Of a DNA stretch of 64,000 nucleotides, positions 1-17,694 are shown in pieces; positions within the stretch are counted from its first letter, which is position 1; every line of letters begins with the position of its first letter. The stretch lies in the NCBI RefSeq assembly GCF_009914755.1, contig NC_060925.1. One strand, 5' to 3'. The translations under genes and the position numbers were made by a program. The notes beneath the pieces are model-generated. The model did not search any database and was not told the origin of the DNA. It saw only the letters and a program-made list of their open reading frames with translations. This DNA comes from the human T2T-CHM13v2.0 reference genome, Homo sapiens.

Positions 1-59
1 AGAAACTGACCTGAGTGGACCCAGAGTGATTAAGCAGACAGGACTTTAAAACAACTATC

Positions 60-427
60 AATGCTGTGGCTGGGAGAAAAATTAAAAAAAAAAAACAACT
101 ATCATAAATGTTTGAAGAATGAAAGGAAACTATGTTCAAAGAATTGAAGGAAAATATGATGACAATGACTCAAAAAAGGAATCTCAATGGAGAAATAGAA
201 ACTTTAAAGATGCACCAAATGGAAAGTCTAGAGTTGAAAAGTACAATAAACAAAATGGAAAAAGAATCACTAGATGGGCCCAAAGCAGATCTGAGGCAGC
301 AGAAGAAAAAAAGAATCAGTGCATTTGAAGATAGAGCAATGAAATTATCCAATCTGAAAAACAGAGAAAAAAGACAGAAGAAAAATGAACAGCCTTGCAG
401 ACTCATGGGGACAAAATCAAGTATAGC

Positions 428-479
<52 letters not shown>

Positions 480-1370
480 ATGGGAGTCCCAGAAGGAAAG
501 GAGAGAGAGAAAGTGGAAGAAAAACACGAAACAAAACAAAACAATGGCCCAAAAGCCTCAAATCTGAGGAAAAACATAAATTTATCAATCCAAGAAACTA
601 AAAATACCCCAAGTCTGATAAATAAACCCCAAGTCTAGATACATCAAAAATCAAACTGTTGAAAGCAGCAAGAGAAAAGGGATTTATTATATGTAGGGGA
701 ATGACAGTACAATTAATGGCTGACTTTTCAAGTCATCAGAACACAGTGGAATGACTGTCAATCAAGAATTCTATATCCAATAAACCACCCTTCAAAAATG
801 AAGGTGAAACAACACATTCCCAGATATACGAAAACCAGTATAATTGCTAGCCGGTCTATCTTACAAGTCATATATAAGGATGCTTTTCTGGCTGAAAGAA
901 AATAATACCAGACGGTTAACTCTGATCCACAGAAAGAAGTGAAGAGTACTGGAAATGGAGAATAGAAAAGACTACATACATATATTTTTTGTGTTTTCTT
1001 CTTTTAATTTCTTTTTAAAAACCATCAAGATTATTTAAAGCAATGACTATACCACTGACTTATAATATATGTAGATATAATGCATATGACAAAAATAGAA
1101 GGATGAGGATGAAATAGAGCTCTTTTGAAGCAAAGTTGCTATATTTTACTGAAATTAAGTTAATATTAACCTGACATAGATTGTGATTGAGTTGTATATG
1201 GTAATCATTTGAGCAACCACTAAGAAAATAACTAAAAATGATTAAATGGTAAATGAGAAGTATTTGCTTAACACAAAAGAAGGCAGTAAAGGTGGACCAA
1301 TGCAACAAAAAAGGCACGAGACATCTAGAAAACAAATAGCAAATGCAGTCATAAAGCCAAGAAAGCCAAA
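60..1370 (+). mobile_element. Ancient LINE-1 (L1M-type) fragment with ORF1 remnant, in CA6 intron 4; boundaries approximate
   Basis: ORF 132-638 reads ...LELKSTINKMEKESLDG...RISAFEDRAMKLS...IYIMGVPEGKEREK..., resembling the L1 ORF1p coiled-coil/RRM start; A-rich + strand; downstream 'gtcaatcaagaattctatatccaataaaccacccttcaaaaatgaaggtgaaa' is typical of the L1 ORF1 C-terminus. Confidence 0.75.
429..478. repeat. (AC)n(AT)n microsatellite
   Basis: About 20 AC units followed by a few AT units. Confidence 0.95.
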
Positions 1371-1580
1371 TTTATGCACAGTGAAAGAGATCAACACCAC
1401 TTGACTGAAAAGAGCCATTGAAAATAGACCTTTTTCACCCAAAGCAACTTTTCTGACTGTTAAAGTCAATACTCATTCAGAAAGAGTGACCTGGTGTTGG
1501 GGGAATTGTAGTCGTTCTGCCTTGGACATCTGGCTCTCTGTCGGAAGTCCTGAGGATGAAGAAGGGAACTTGTGAGATCA

Positions 1581-1975
<395 letters not shown>

Positions 1976-2267
1976 TTAGAGTAAGAGTTGGCCATTTCTG
2001 AGGGCATCACCAATGACTGACAAGCTTCTTTCCCTGGAAGCTGCCAAAATACTTCAGATAATGCCTTTCTGGAAGGACTCATGAACCTGCGTGGTTGGTA
2101 GCAAAGAACAGCCAGACTGTCTCTGCCAAAACACAAGACGGCACAGGCTGCCTCTCCTTACTCTCTAGGCTCGGCCCAATCCGCTAGAAAGCTGAGTGGC
2201 TGGATTAGTAGCGATGGTGCTGGGGCCTCTTCTTCACTTACGCTCAGTGCTCTGTGTTTCTCTGCAG

Positions 2268-2337
2268 GTGAAGAATTACCCTGAAAACACTTATTACAGC
2301 AACTTCATTTCTCATCTGGCCAACATCAAGTACCCAG
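2268..2337 (+). CDS. CA6: Carbonic anhydrase VI, exon 5 (70 bp): VKNYPENTYYSNFISHLANIKYP(G)
   Basis: Acceptor tgtttctctgcag| and donor |gtaagg; translation matches CA6; phase 1 joins the next exon. Confidence 0.97.
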
Positions 2338-2765
2338 GTAAGGGAAGCCAACTGTGGCTGCAGGAGGGAAGGGGAATGAGTGTGAGTGTGAGTGTGAGGT
2401 GGGCCCAGGGGGCAGGGGATTGATGCTGGTGGGGAGGGTGGCCCGTGGGCCCTGCCAAGGGAGTCCATCCCTCCCTGTGCCAGGTTACTTGTTCCAGTGA
2501 TTTCTGCTGTTGGCTTAGGCAGCAAACCTCTCTGAGAAGCCTGTGCATAAATTCGATGTGTCATTTCCCATGATTGGAACTTCTGACTGGAGTTGCACTA
2601 AGTAGGCATATCCTTGCTTCGATGACTGTCACCTCAGCTGGCAGTGACAGTCCTGGCAGCTAGAGAGATGTCCACCTGGCTCCAAGCTGAGATGAATGTC
2701 AAGAGGGAAGCCCTCGTCATACCACTTGGACATCCAGACACTCGGGGTGTTCTTCCGTCCCCTCT

Positions 2766-2780
2766 CCTCCAGAGGGCGGC
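2766..2780 (+). promoter_or_regulatory. Candidate CTCF motif (forward)
   Basis: CCTCCAGAGGGCGGC versus core consensus CCRSYAGRKGGCRS; motif match only. Confidence 0.35.
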
Positions 2781-4640
2781 GTTCTTGTAAGAGCCATTTC
2801 CCACCCAGGGTCAACCCTTGACTTTTGAGCTATAACCACAATAGCTCTGCATCCTCGACTTCACACGTCCCATTCCGGCCACACCTCCCAGCCTCCCAGT
2901 CCTCTGACTTCAGCACCCAGCCCCTCCTGCAATTCACCTGACCGGAGTCCTCCAAACCTGGGGCTTCCACATTCTTGCTCCTAGTGACGCCTGTGTCCTT
3001 TCATCTCTCTCCCAGCTTAGATTCCACCCCGATACTCTCAAGTCTCCCTCAACACTCCCATGCAAACACCCTCTAGCCCTCACCCCTCCACCCCTCCACA
3101 AACTCACCTGGCAAATCTCCAGACCAACTCTGGAGTTTTTTTAGTTATTTTCTTAGTGGTTGGCTGGCAGCCAAACAGCTGAATGCAACTGGACAGAAAT
3201 CCATAGACATCTAACTGGTATTATTATCGTTATTATTTTTGAGACATGGTCTTGGTCTGTTGCATAGGCTGGGGTGCAATGGCGCGATCATGGCTCAGTG
3301 CAGCCTCGACCTCTGGGACTCAGTTGATCCTCCCACCTCAGCCTCCTGAGTAGCTGGGACTACAGGTGCACCACCATGCTTGGCTGGTTTTTTGTATTTT
3401 CAGTAGAGACAGGGTCTCACCATGTTCTCAGGCTGGTCTTGAACTCCTGGGCTCAAGTGATCTGCCTGCCTCAACTTCCCAAAATTTTGGGATTATAGGC
3501 ATGAGCCACCACACCTGGCCAACTGGTATTATTTTTTATTCATAGCTACAAATATGAACAGTGCCCAGAAATCCTAAAGTATCACGCTGGGCATTTTCTT
3601 TCTGACCTCCCAAATTCCTGTCACATGCTTTCTCCTCTCTCCTGAAGCCCCTGTGCCTGGGCTCCAGCAATTCCCCTGGAGCTGACGCTCCCACTCCCAC
3701 TCCATTGAGAAGACAGAAGCCACAGGCCAGAAACACTCCGCTCCTTAACCCACGTGCATCTGGACCAAATTCCACATCCCCTCTTCAGCTGCAACGGATG
3801 ACAAATCCCTGCTCTTGTCAACACCACCCCTCCCACGTGGGGCCCAACCCCACTCCTCTCCCATGCTCAGGGCCTCCTTTCCTGCTATTCTCTCCCTGGT
3901 CTTCTGCATCGTTGATTTCTCTCTCTCTCTCTCTTTTTTCTCTTTGGAGATGGAGTCTTGCTCTGTCACCAGGCTGGAGTGCAGTGGCATGATCTCAGCT
4001 CACTACAACCTCCGCCTCCCGGGTTGAAGTGATTCCCCTGCCTCAGCCCCCTGAGTAGTTGGAATTACAGGCACACACCACCATGCCTGGCCAATTTTTT
4101 GTATTTTAGTAGAGACAGGGTTTCACCATGTTGGCCAGGATGGTCTCGATCTCCTGACCTTGTGATCTACCCGCCTCGGCCTCCCAAAGTGCTGGGATTA
4201 CACGCATGAGCCACCGTGCCCGGTCTGCATCGTTGATGTCTTACTCTTTATTAAAGCCTCCTGCTCAGCACACACATCTGCCCTAATTCCTCCCACCTCC
4301 AAACACAAGCAAACAAACGTTATCTCCTGACCTTACCATTCCCCAGCTTCCCCCAGTTCTCTGGCTCCCCTTGAAAAGGTCATAGAATAGTCCTGTTCTC
4401 CATTCTCACCCACCCCACCCTGAGCTGGCCCCAATGCTCCACGGAGCCGGAGTGACGGTCAGATCTATGGGCCACTCTTCTTCTCGTCTTAGTTTACCTT
4501 CAAAGGGTGGTCTGGCGCGCCCCAGCTCTGCCCTCTCACTCTCTTTCTGGCTCCTGCCCTAAATGTTGGGTGGAGTCAGGCTCTGTCTCATCTCAGTGAC
4601 TCCACGCAGTCCCACAGCCTGAATTAAAACTTACCACTTA

Positions 4641-6025
<1,385 letters not shown>

Positions 6026-7338
6026 TGATCCACCCGCCTCGGCCTCCCAAAGTGCTGGGATTACAGGTGTGAGCCACCATACCTGGCCGTATGTTTATTT
6101 TTTGAGGAACTATTATACCATTTTCCGTGGTGGCTGCATCATGATTCTGGAATTCTTGACTTTCACTTAAATATATTAGAGTTACAAAAATAAATCTCTA
6201 CCACAGAGCCCTTTTGGAGGTTATATCTTGAAATCTTCCAATAATAATCAAACTTAGAACTCTTTTGCCTACTCATGGGCTTATGCACTCTGAGACATTG
6301 TGGCCTTGGTTGAACAGGCCTATCTACGTATGTATCAAAACTATGTTCTCTGCCTTTAAGAAGCGCAGAAGTGCTCAGGGAAAGTGAAGCAAAATCCAAC
6401 TCAATCCTGTGTTGCCTTGAGAGTCTTGTGCTGAGCTCAGGGGCTCAGTGTTGTTGACATGAATGAAACAAGGACCTCTCTAGAGCAGGAGCAGGTGTGG
6501 CTGCTGCAGGAGTTTTGCAGGCCTGGTGGAAGTGGCCCCACCCTACGCCCCACCTGTGGCTGGGCTTGGTTTCCAGCGGTTGTGGCAGGAAGAGCTCAGG
6601 ACCAAATGCCTGTACCTGGACCCTGGCTTGGTTCTGATTCTGCATTTATTATTTAAAAAAATAATAAAAAAAAACAACTTATTGTAGAGACGGGGCCTCC
6701 CTGTGTTGCCCAGGCTGGTCTTGAACTCTTGGCCCCAAGCAATCCTCCCGCCTTGGCCTCCCAGAGTGTTGAGATTACAAGCGTGAGCCACTGCGCCTGG
6801 CCTGATTCTGCATTTACAACTGTTGTCTACCCACTTCTCAATGAGCCCAAACCAAGGCATTTTGGTCTTTCTTCAAGGGCACTTACCCAGAAGTCTCCAG
6901 GGGCCATATTTATTTCTTTCATTGATCATAAAATGTGTCCTCTGCCTAGCCATGATAATGGTGACCGCAGCAGTTACACTTAGGAGTACTTCCCTATGTA
7001 GTGGTTCAATGCCAGCTGCTTTCCAGACGTTATTCCTTCTTACCCTCACAACAATCCTGCTGATTATTCCCTTTCTACAGATGAGAAAATGGCCGCAGGG
7101 TGAGCACCCGGCCAAGAGCACTCAGCCAGGAGCAGGTGTCTGAGTGCGTCTATCCCCAAAGTCTCTCCTCTCAATCCCTTCCAGGAAGAAGTAAACTGGG
7201 AAATTGTTTCTTAATCATCAGCTTCTATGTTCTGCTGAACTCAAGAGATTGGAACCTGGCGAGGCCTGGGCCTGAGCTGTCCTCCCGAGGGGCAGCGCTG
7301 GTCCCTGACATTCTGTTACCTTCTGTCTTCTTGGTCAG

Positions 7339-7496
7339 GACAAAGAACAACCCTGACTGGCCTTGACGTTCAGGACATGCTGCCCAGGAACCTCCAGCAC
7401 TACTACACCTACCATGGCTCACTCACCACGCCTCCCTGCACTGAGAACGTCCACTGGTTTGTGCTGGCAGATTTTGTCAAGCTCTCCAGGACACAG
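7339..7496 (+). CDS. CA6: Carbonic anhydrase VI, exon 6 (158 bp): (G)[52 protein letters not shown]
   Basis: Acceptor ttcttggtcag| and donor |gtaatg; contains the alpha-CA signature [14 protein letters not shown] with the catalytic gatekeeper Thr. Confidence 0.98.
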
Positions 7497-7548
7497 GTAA
7501 TGTATGGTATCACTTTGCCGAAGTCTTCCCATTCGATTGCCTGGTTAA

Positions 7549-7959
<411 letters not shown>

Positions 7960-8149
7960 TAAACTTTTCATTTCCTTAGAAAAAGGTGGAAAAGACCCCT
8001 GCTCAAGGACACTCACACTCCAAAATGTTGCCAGTCAGGCTAGAAGTGCCCCCAGACACCTGACAAAAGCAAATGGTAAATTATCTCTGGGAAAATGACC
8101 TTAAATCCAGACCTAGAAGAATTTTCACAAATAAAGTTACTTGAAATTA

Positions 8150-9610
<1,461 letters not shown>

Positions 9611-10547
9611 GTCAGGTGAGGTGGTTCATACCTGTAATTCCAGCACTATGGGAGGCTGAGTGGGCGAATGGCCTGAGGAGTTTGAGACCAGCCTGGCCCA
9701 CATGGTGAAACCCCATCTCTACTAAAAATATAAAAATTATCTGGGTGTGTGGGTGGGTGCCTGTAGTCCCAGCTAGTCAGGAGGCTGAGGCAGGAGAGAA
9801 TAACTTGAACCCGGGAGGTGGAGGTTGCAGTGAGCCGCAATCGCGTCACTGCACTCCAGCCTGGCGACAGAGCGAGACTCTGGTCTCAAAAAAAAAAAAA
9901 AAAAAAAAGAGAAAAACCTGACATTTTCAGAAAAACAAAAATTGAGTTTGCCACTTGATATATTTCTGCTTCTTCTTTCTCTCCTTTCTACTATTGGACA
10001 AATACTCATATAAAAAGCTGAAAAGAGAGCTTGTGTGCAGATACCTGTTGGAAGAATGCACGGATAGATTAGTTCTGGAATAATGCCTGAGACACAGCAC
10101 CCAGAACCTCCCCTGGACTTGAGATCTTCTTACAGTCACTTCATCAGGGTTATATAAATCCAAACTCTAGCCCAGTTGTTAATTCTTTTTTATTTTTTAT
10201 TTTTTTTGAGACAGAGTTTCTCTCTGTCTCCCAGGCTGGAGTGCGGTTGCGTGATACTGGCTTACTGCAGCCTCTGCCTCCCAGGTTCAAGCGATTCTCC
10301 TGCCTCAGCCTCCTGAGTAGCTGGGATTACAGGTGCACACAACCATGATCAGCTAATTTTTAGTAGAGAAGAGGTTTCACCATGTTGGCCAGGCTGGTCT
10401 CCAACTCCTGAGCTCAAGTGATCTGCCCGCCCCAGCCTCCCAAAATGCTGGGATTACAGGCGTGAGCCACTGCGCCGGGCCAACTGTTATTTCTTTTAAA
10501 TTACCCAGTGACTCTTCCCCTCCATAATGCACTCACGTTGCCCCCAG

Positions 10548-10662
10548 GTTTGGAAGCTGGAGAATTCCTTACTGGATCACCGCAATAAGACCATCCACAA
10601 CGATTACCGCAGGACCCAGCCCCTGAACCACAGAGTGGTGGAATCCAACTTCCCGAATCAGG
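10548..10662 (+). CDS. CA6: Carbonic anhydrase VI, exon 7 (115 bp): [38 protein letters not shown]
   Basis: Acceptor gttgcccccag| and donor G|gtgagt; alpha-CA motif N(D)YRxTQPLNxRxV; N-glycosylation sequon NKT. Confidence 0.98.
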
Positions 10663-10923
10663 GTGAGTGAGACCGACTCTTGATCATGCTCTGCAGTTTA
10701 ACTCCTGTTTTGCTCCTTCCTCTAGGTGGACCCATCTCTTCTGGTGATATAAGGGAAGGAGAGTCATTTCAGTAGCAAGAGGCTCAGGTGGGCCAAGCTG
10801 CACAGGGCTTGGGCAGAGGGTGATGACTTTTTCCCAGTCCAGGCAGGGATGCCAGTGAGTAGAACACACGAGACAATCAGAAGCGACAGCTACGTGATTT
10901 ATTACCTACCTAGTCTTGGCTAG

Positions 10924-11295
<372 letters not shown>

Positions 11296-12072
11296 TAACC
11301 TTATTAACCCCACCCAGATTATTTCCTGCGCATCTTGATCATAGTCTGTGTTATGAACCCACCCCCAACGCCTCCTATACATTCTCTCAAAGTGGAGTTA
11401 ACTAGACCACATATTGTTCCCTGCATCTGCCTGGGGCGCAGGCCCCAGACCCCAGCGTGCTGGAAGCAGGTGCGGGCAGGCCAGCCTCCGCTGCATCCTC
11501 CAGTTCCTTGGATCAGGCTCCAACGGTGTCCTTGGCTCACCTCGTTTCTGTGTTGGCAAGAGTGTAAATATTTCACAGCCTCCTCATCTTTATTTTGTCT
11601 GCTTTCTGTAAAGTTGTGGTGAATCCATTGTCTTTACAGCCCATTCTGTTAACCATTCCTGATACCTTTATATTTTCCAATACAGTAGAATCAGTATCCT
11701 ATCAATATTGTGTACTCAATATTATCCCACTTTTTTTTTCTTTTTTGAGACAAGGTCTCAGTCTGTTGCCCAGGCTGGAGCTCAGTGGCACAATCACGGC
11801 TCACTGCAGCCTCAAACATCCAGGCTCAAGTGATCCTCCCACCTCAGCCTCCCCAGTAGCGGAGACTGCAGGCACACACCACCACACCCAGCTAATTTTT
11901 TTTGTAGTTTTTGTAGAGATGGACTCTTACTATGTTGCTCAGACTGGTCTCAAACTCCTGGCCACAAGCAATCCTCCCCCCTCAGCCTCCCAAAGTGCTG
12001 GGATTATAAGCACGAGCCACCTCGTTCGGCCTTATCCCATCTTTATATGTACCTTTTAAAACTTAAATTTCC

Positions 12073-12395
12073 TCCGGGTGTGGCGGCTCACGCCTGTAAT
12101 CCCAGCACTTTGGGAGGCTGAGGCGGGCAGATCACGATGTCAGGAGATCGAGACCATCTTGGCTAACATGGTGAAACCCCGCCTCTACTAAATATACAAA
12201 AAATTAGCCAGGCGAGGTGGCGGGCGCCTGTAGTCCCAGCTACTGGGGAGGCTGAGACTGGGGAGGCTGAGTAGCTGGGCATGAACCCGGGAGGCGGAGC
12301 TTGCAGTGAGCCGAGATTGCGCCACTGCACTCCAGCCTGGGCGACAGAGAGAGACTCTGTTTCAAAAAACCAAAACAAACAAACAAACAAAAAAA
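12073..12395 (+). mobile_element. AluY-type SINE with an internal complex rearrangement
   Basis: AluY diagnostics (gagatcgagaccatc, ggagcttgcag); altered at 12242-12279. Confidence 0.85.
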
Positions 12396-12577
12396 TTAAA
12401 TTTCCACCTCCCCAACCCGAATAAGGCCTATTTGTGATTTTCTCCCCACCTTTCCTTCCTGGTTCACTTACTGAATTAACAGAGGATATAGGTGTTTTCT
12501 ATATTGTTTCCTGAAATACAATTCACTCCTCCAATACAATACTAACAGAAGAAAAAAACTGACATCAGTTACAGTAA

Positions 12578-12919
<342 letters not shown>

Positions 12920-13379
12920 TGAACTCCTGACCTCAGGTGATCCGCCTGCCCGGCCTCCCAAATTGCTGGGATTACAGGTGTGAGTCACTGTGCCCGGCCT
13001 GTCTCCTAGGTCTAAATGTTGCCATGTTTCCCCTGCTTTCCCTAAAACAATTTTACGCTATTCTTGCAATAGTCACTAACAGACTGCGTATCGTTCTATT
13101 TGCCACATCTGAAATGCTTTTTCCACTACAGCGTCACTCTAGCATCTCCTCACGAGGGGGTCAGATGTTCTAGGTACCGGCCCCAGACTGAGGTATTCCA
13201 TGCTGTGATTTGTCTGTAGGTCCACTAAGAATCGCTGTTTAGGATCGATTACTTCAACTCCCAGTTCAGCATCAGAGGGCTTCCTTACCCCCAGGGAACC
13301 CGAATTGTGGCCTCCCTTTGCTGATTATAGAACAGACAACTGGGCATCATCTTGGCCCACCTTCCCTCAGGCCTGGATT

Positions 13380-13385
13380 TTTCTT

Positions 13386-13457
<72 letters not shown>

Positions 13458-13793
13458 TTTCCCTCCCTCCCTCTCTCTCTCTCTCTCTCTTTCTTCCTCT
13501 CTTTCTTTCTTTTTTTGACAGAGTCTTGCTCTGTTGCCCAGACTGGAGTGCAATGGCGCAATCTTGGCTCACTGCAGCCATGACCTCCAGGGCTCAAGCA
13601 GTCCTCCTACCTCGACCTCCCAAGTAGCTGGGAGTAGCATGTACCACCACACCCAGCTAATTTTTGTATTTTTTTGTAGAGACGGGCTTTGGCCATGTGG
13701 CCCAGGCTGGTCTCGAACTCCTGAGCTCAAGCAATCCACCCACTTCAGCCTCCCAAAGTGCTGGGATTACAGGCATGAGCCATCGCGCCTGGC
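13380..13793 (-). mobile_element. AluJ-type SINE with tail expanded into (CTTT)n/(CT)n microsatellite
   Basis: Antisense Alu body ~13516-13793; (CTTT)n ~13398-13455; flanks caggcctggattt / caggcccagattt. Confidence 0.85.
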
Positions 13794-14016
13794 CAGGCCC
13801 AGATTTCTATGTAGCAGTGATTGGCTGTGGTCAACCCAGCTGCGTGACTCATGGTATTTCACTGTTCTGTAGAGAACTGTATCCCAGCGGGGTTGATATG
13901 ATTAACCCACCTGCAAGGAGTGAATTGAGAAACCAAGGTCAGTTACAAAAACAAGACGATGGCCAAATACGGACCTCTTGCGATTTATTTACTAGAAAAC
14001 GCCTATATCCCCTCAG

Positions 14017-14114
14017 GCAAGGGCCACGGGGAGCATCGTGGGAGAAGCCAAAATCCAAGAGTACAGCCCACCTCAACACGCCACCCCTTGGCTTTGGGCA
14101 GCTTAGAAGCCTGA
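14017..14114 (+). CDS. CA6: CA6 alternative terminal coding segment from an upstream acceptor: (G)[31 protein letters not shown], giving a 313-aa isoform
   Basis: Acceptor atatcccctcag|GC in the same phase as the exon 7 donor; open to TGA at 14112-14114; matches my recollection of an annotated CA6 isoform. Confidence 0.75.
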
Positions 14115-14291
14115 GTTCAAACACAGTGAAGATGACTAAAGGCAATGCACCGGGCACGTGGAGAGCATTCTAAGGAATCAAAAGACTTCCCAAAAATACG
14201 ATGCGGGTATGGTGTCTGGCCGTCCCCCTTCTCTGTTTTTGTGAGGACTGTACAAGGTTTAACCATTTCCGACTAACTCTTCTTTTTACAG

Positions 14292-14374
14292 AATACACTC
14301 TAGGCTCTGAATTCCAGTTTTACCTACATAAGATTGAGGAAATTCTTGACTACTTAAGAAGAGCATTGAACTGA
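14292..14374 (+). CDS. CA6: Carbonic anhydrase VI, canonical exon 8 coding part: (E)YTLGSEFQFYLHKIEEILDYLRRALN* (308-aa isoform)
   Basis: Branch-point-like ctaac plus tcttctttttacag| acceptor; TGA at 14372-14374; known CA6 C-terminal amphipathic extension. Confidence 0.98.
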
Positions 14375-14728
14375 GGAAAGCTAAGAGGAAGATTCAATAT
14401 TAACTAGCTTGAAGCCTGACCTAGCCAGAAGTGCCTGTCCGCTGCAGCCGCACCCTACCTTGTCTAAGAAACCATGTGTGTCTGGAACACGCTGCTCCCC
14501 CTGGGGCAGCTGTTGGGATTCTGATTAAAAGAGGGGAAACGATCATCCTGGACAGGAAGTGAGATGGCTTCAGTTCATGAGACGGGATCTGAGTTAGACA
14601 TCACCAGTGGAAATTGATTGGAATAGAAACTTAAAGGAAATGGAACCCTAACTATTCTCCCATCAAATCATATATGTTGACCTGTCTGAATTATAAACCA
14701 GCCTGACCTTTCCTTTAGCATTAGATGT

Positions 14729-14734
14729 AATAAA
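14729..14734 (+). terminator. CA6: CA6 polyadenylation signal AATAAA
   Basis: AATAAA ~355 nt after the stop, followed by T-rich downstream sequence (14763-14810). Confidence 0.85.
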
Positions 14735-14879
14735 ATAACTTTGGAAATTTGTCATTTAAAAATTTCTTTCCTATTCCTTTGTATTACTTCAAATATCCCT
14801 TCTTTGTTCTGCCCGCCCCCGACTCCTCCCCCCACTCCTCCCCCTACTCCCCCACAACCGCACATAGGTGAAGGGATAG

Positions 14880-15551
<672 letters not shown>

Positions 15552-15783
15552 TGAGAATTTGTCAGTGGGGAAGTTTGGAGCAGTGGCTGTGAGTCAAAGA
15601 AAAAACAGGAGACGAGAAAGAAGAAGGGCTCCCAGGACAGAAGGAAAGAAGAGAGGGGACCTCACTGCAAACCCCCTTGTTGGTCAAATGGTGCCTGGTC
15701 CTTGTTACCAGACCCAGATTCAGGCATCCCATTAGTTATGTGGGATGATAACATGACCTCACAGGGCTCATAGGGCTGTGGCT

Positions 15784-15884
15784 TCATTAAATAACACTGA
15801 GAAGTACCCAGAAGAGTGACCCATATTTTTTTTATCATTAAATAACACTGAGAAGTACCCAGAAGAGTGACCCATATTTTTTAT
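15784..15884. repeat. Near-perfect 51-bp tandem duplication (2 copies)
   Basis: tcattaaataacactgagaagtacccagaagagtgacccatatttttt starts at both 15784 and 15835. Confidence 0.95.
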
Positions 15885-16273
15885 TTTTATTTTTATGTTT
15901 TTTGAGACAGGATCTTGCTCTGTGGCCTAGGCTGGAGTGCAGTGGTGATCCTAGCTTCATGGCAGCCTCAACCTCCTGGGCTCAAGTGATCTTCCTACCT
16001 TTGGTCTCCCAAGGTGCTGGAATTATAGGCATGAGCCACCACACCTGGCTGCTACCAATTTTCTTGGTCACTTATGCATTCCCTTCATCGATGCCCCTTC
16101 CTTCCCATGCCTTAGCTTCCTCCTCACTTCTGATTGAGCTCACCCTGGCTCTTCTGAATTCCTTCTGCTCTTGTTACCTCTGTTGTTTTTCCATGTCATT
16201 ATTTGTCATATCCTAAGCACTTCCACCACACGTGACTGCCCTCAGCCCCGAAGGCCACCTTCAGTGAACTTGC

Positions 16274-16390
16274 ATTATCCCCAGTTTACAGAAAGCAAAC
16301 CAAGACGTCGACTTGCCCAAGATCTCCTAGGTGGCAGATGAAAAGCCAGGATTTGAACCCAAGTCTTTTGTATCCACATTCTTTTAACCA
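16274..16390 (-). mobile_element. MIR SINE fragment
   Basis: 'cattatccccagtttacaga...gacttgcccaagatc...gccaggatttgaacccaagtc' is the MIR core in antisense. Confidence 0.7.
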
Positions 16391-17089
16391 TAGGAAGCCT
16401 CCCTTTCATTTTCTCAACAAGCTTTCTTATGCACTTGCTCTGAGCCTGACATAACACTAGGTGCTGGGGGTTCAGGGATGGGTGAGAACAGCTCCCACAC
16501 TCCTACAGCTCGGGTCTGGTGAGCAGAGTGGACACTAAAATAAGTAATCGCCATATCGCCCCATGGTGGAGGGAGCGCCTGTGTTTAAAATCCAAGTGCT
16601 TGGCCTGGGTTTTGAAGGCTGAGAAAGAGTTCACCTGGGAAACCAAGTCAGAGAGGGGCGGGGGTATTGTAACCCGAGAGTGTGGCATGTGCTGATGGGA
16701 AGACACCTGGGGAAGTGGAAGCAATTTGGCGTGGTCAGAGGACCAAGTTCAAGGATGCTGGCACGGAAAGCGGGGGTGTGGCCAGGGCAGGTCAGGCCGT
16801 CACTGGTATCTTCTGTGCCACTAAAGGGTTTCGGATTTTACCCTGTAGGTGACGGCAGCGACTGCAGGGTTTCCACAGGGGAACGACACGGTGCGATTCA
16901 TTCTTTCCACCAGATATGTGTGTCTATAATGAATGAGAGACGCAACAGTGGGCGGTACGGCCAAAGAGCTTACTTACATTCCTGTGGGAAGGCAGACAAG
17001 GAAATGAAGATGGAGATGGGATTACACTTGCCTGTCCTCAGGGATCCAGCCCTCCCACCCCTGAAAGTCTATCCTTAAGAGAGGCTTGT

Positions 17090-17463
<374 letters not shown>

Positions 17464-17556
17464 TTAACAGCAAAATACAGGAAAAAACACAAACGTCCAT
17501 CAGTTGGGGATTGGTTGACTAAACCAGGGCTATTCACACAACAGAGAACTGCATAG

Positions 17557-17694
<138 letters not shown>

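Noticed and set aside
132-638. 168-aa ORF with a poly-(TH) stretch
   Set aside because: Decayed L1 ORF1 sequence read through an (AC)n microsatellite; not a gene.
10663-10780. Acceptor-like tgctccttcctctag at 10725, in phase with CA6 exon 7
   Set aside because: Would need a 63-nt intron, at or below the usual human minimum; no other support.
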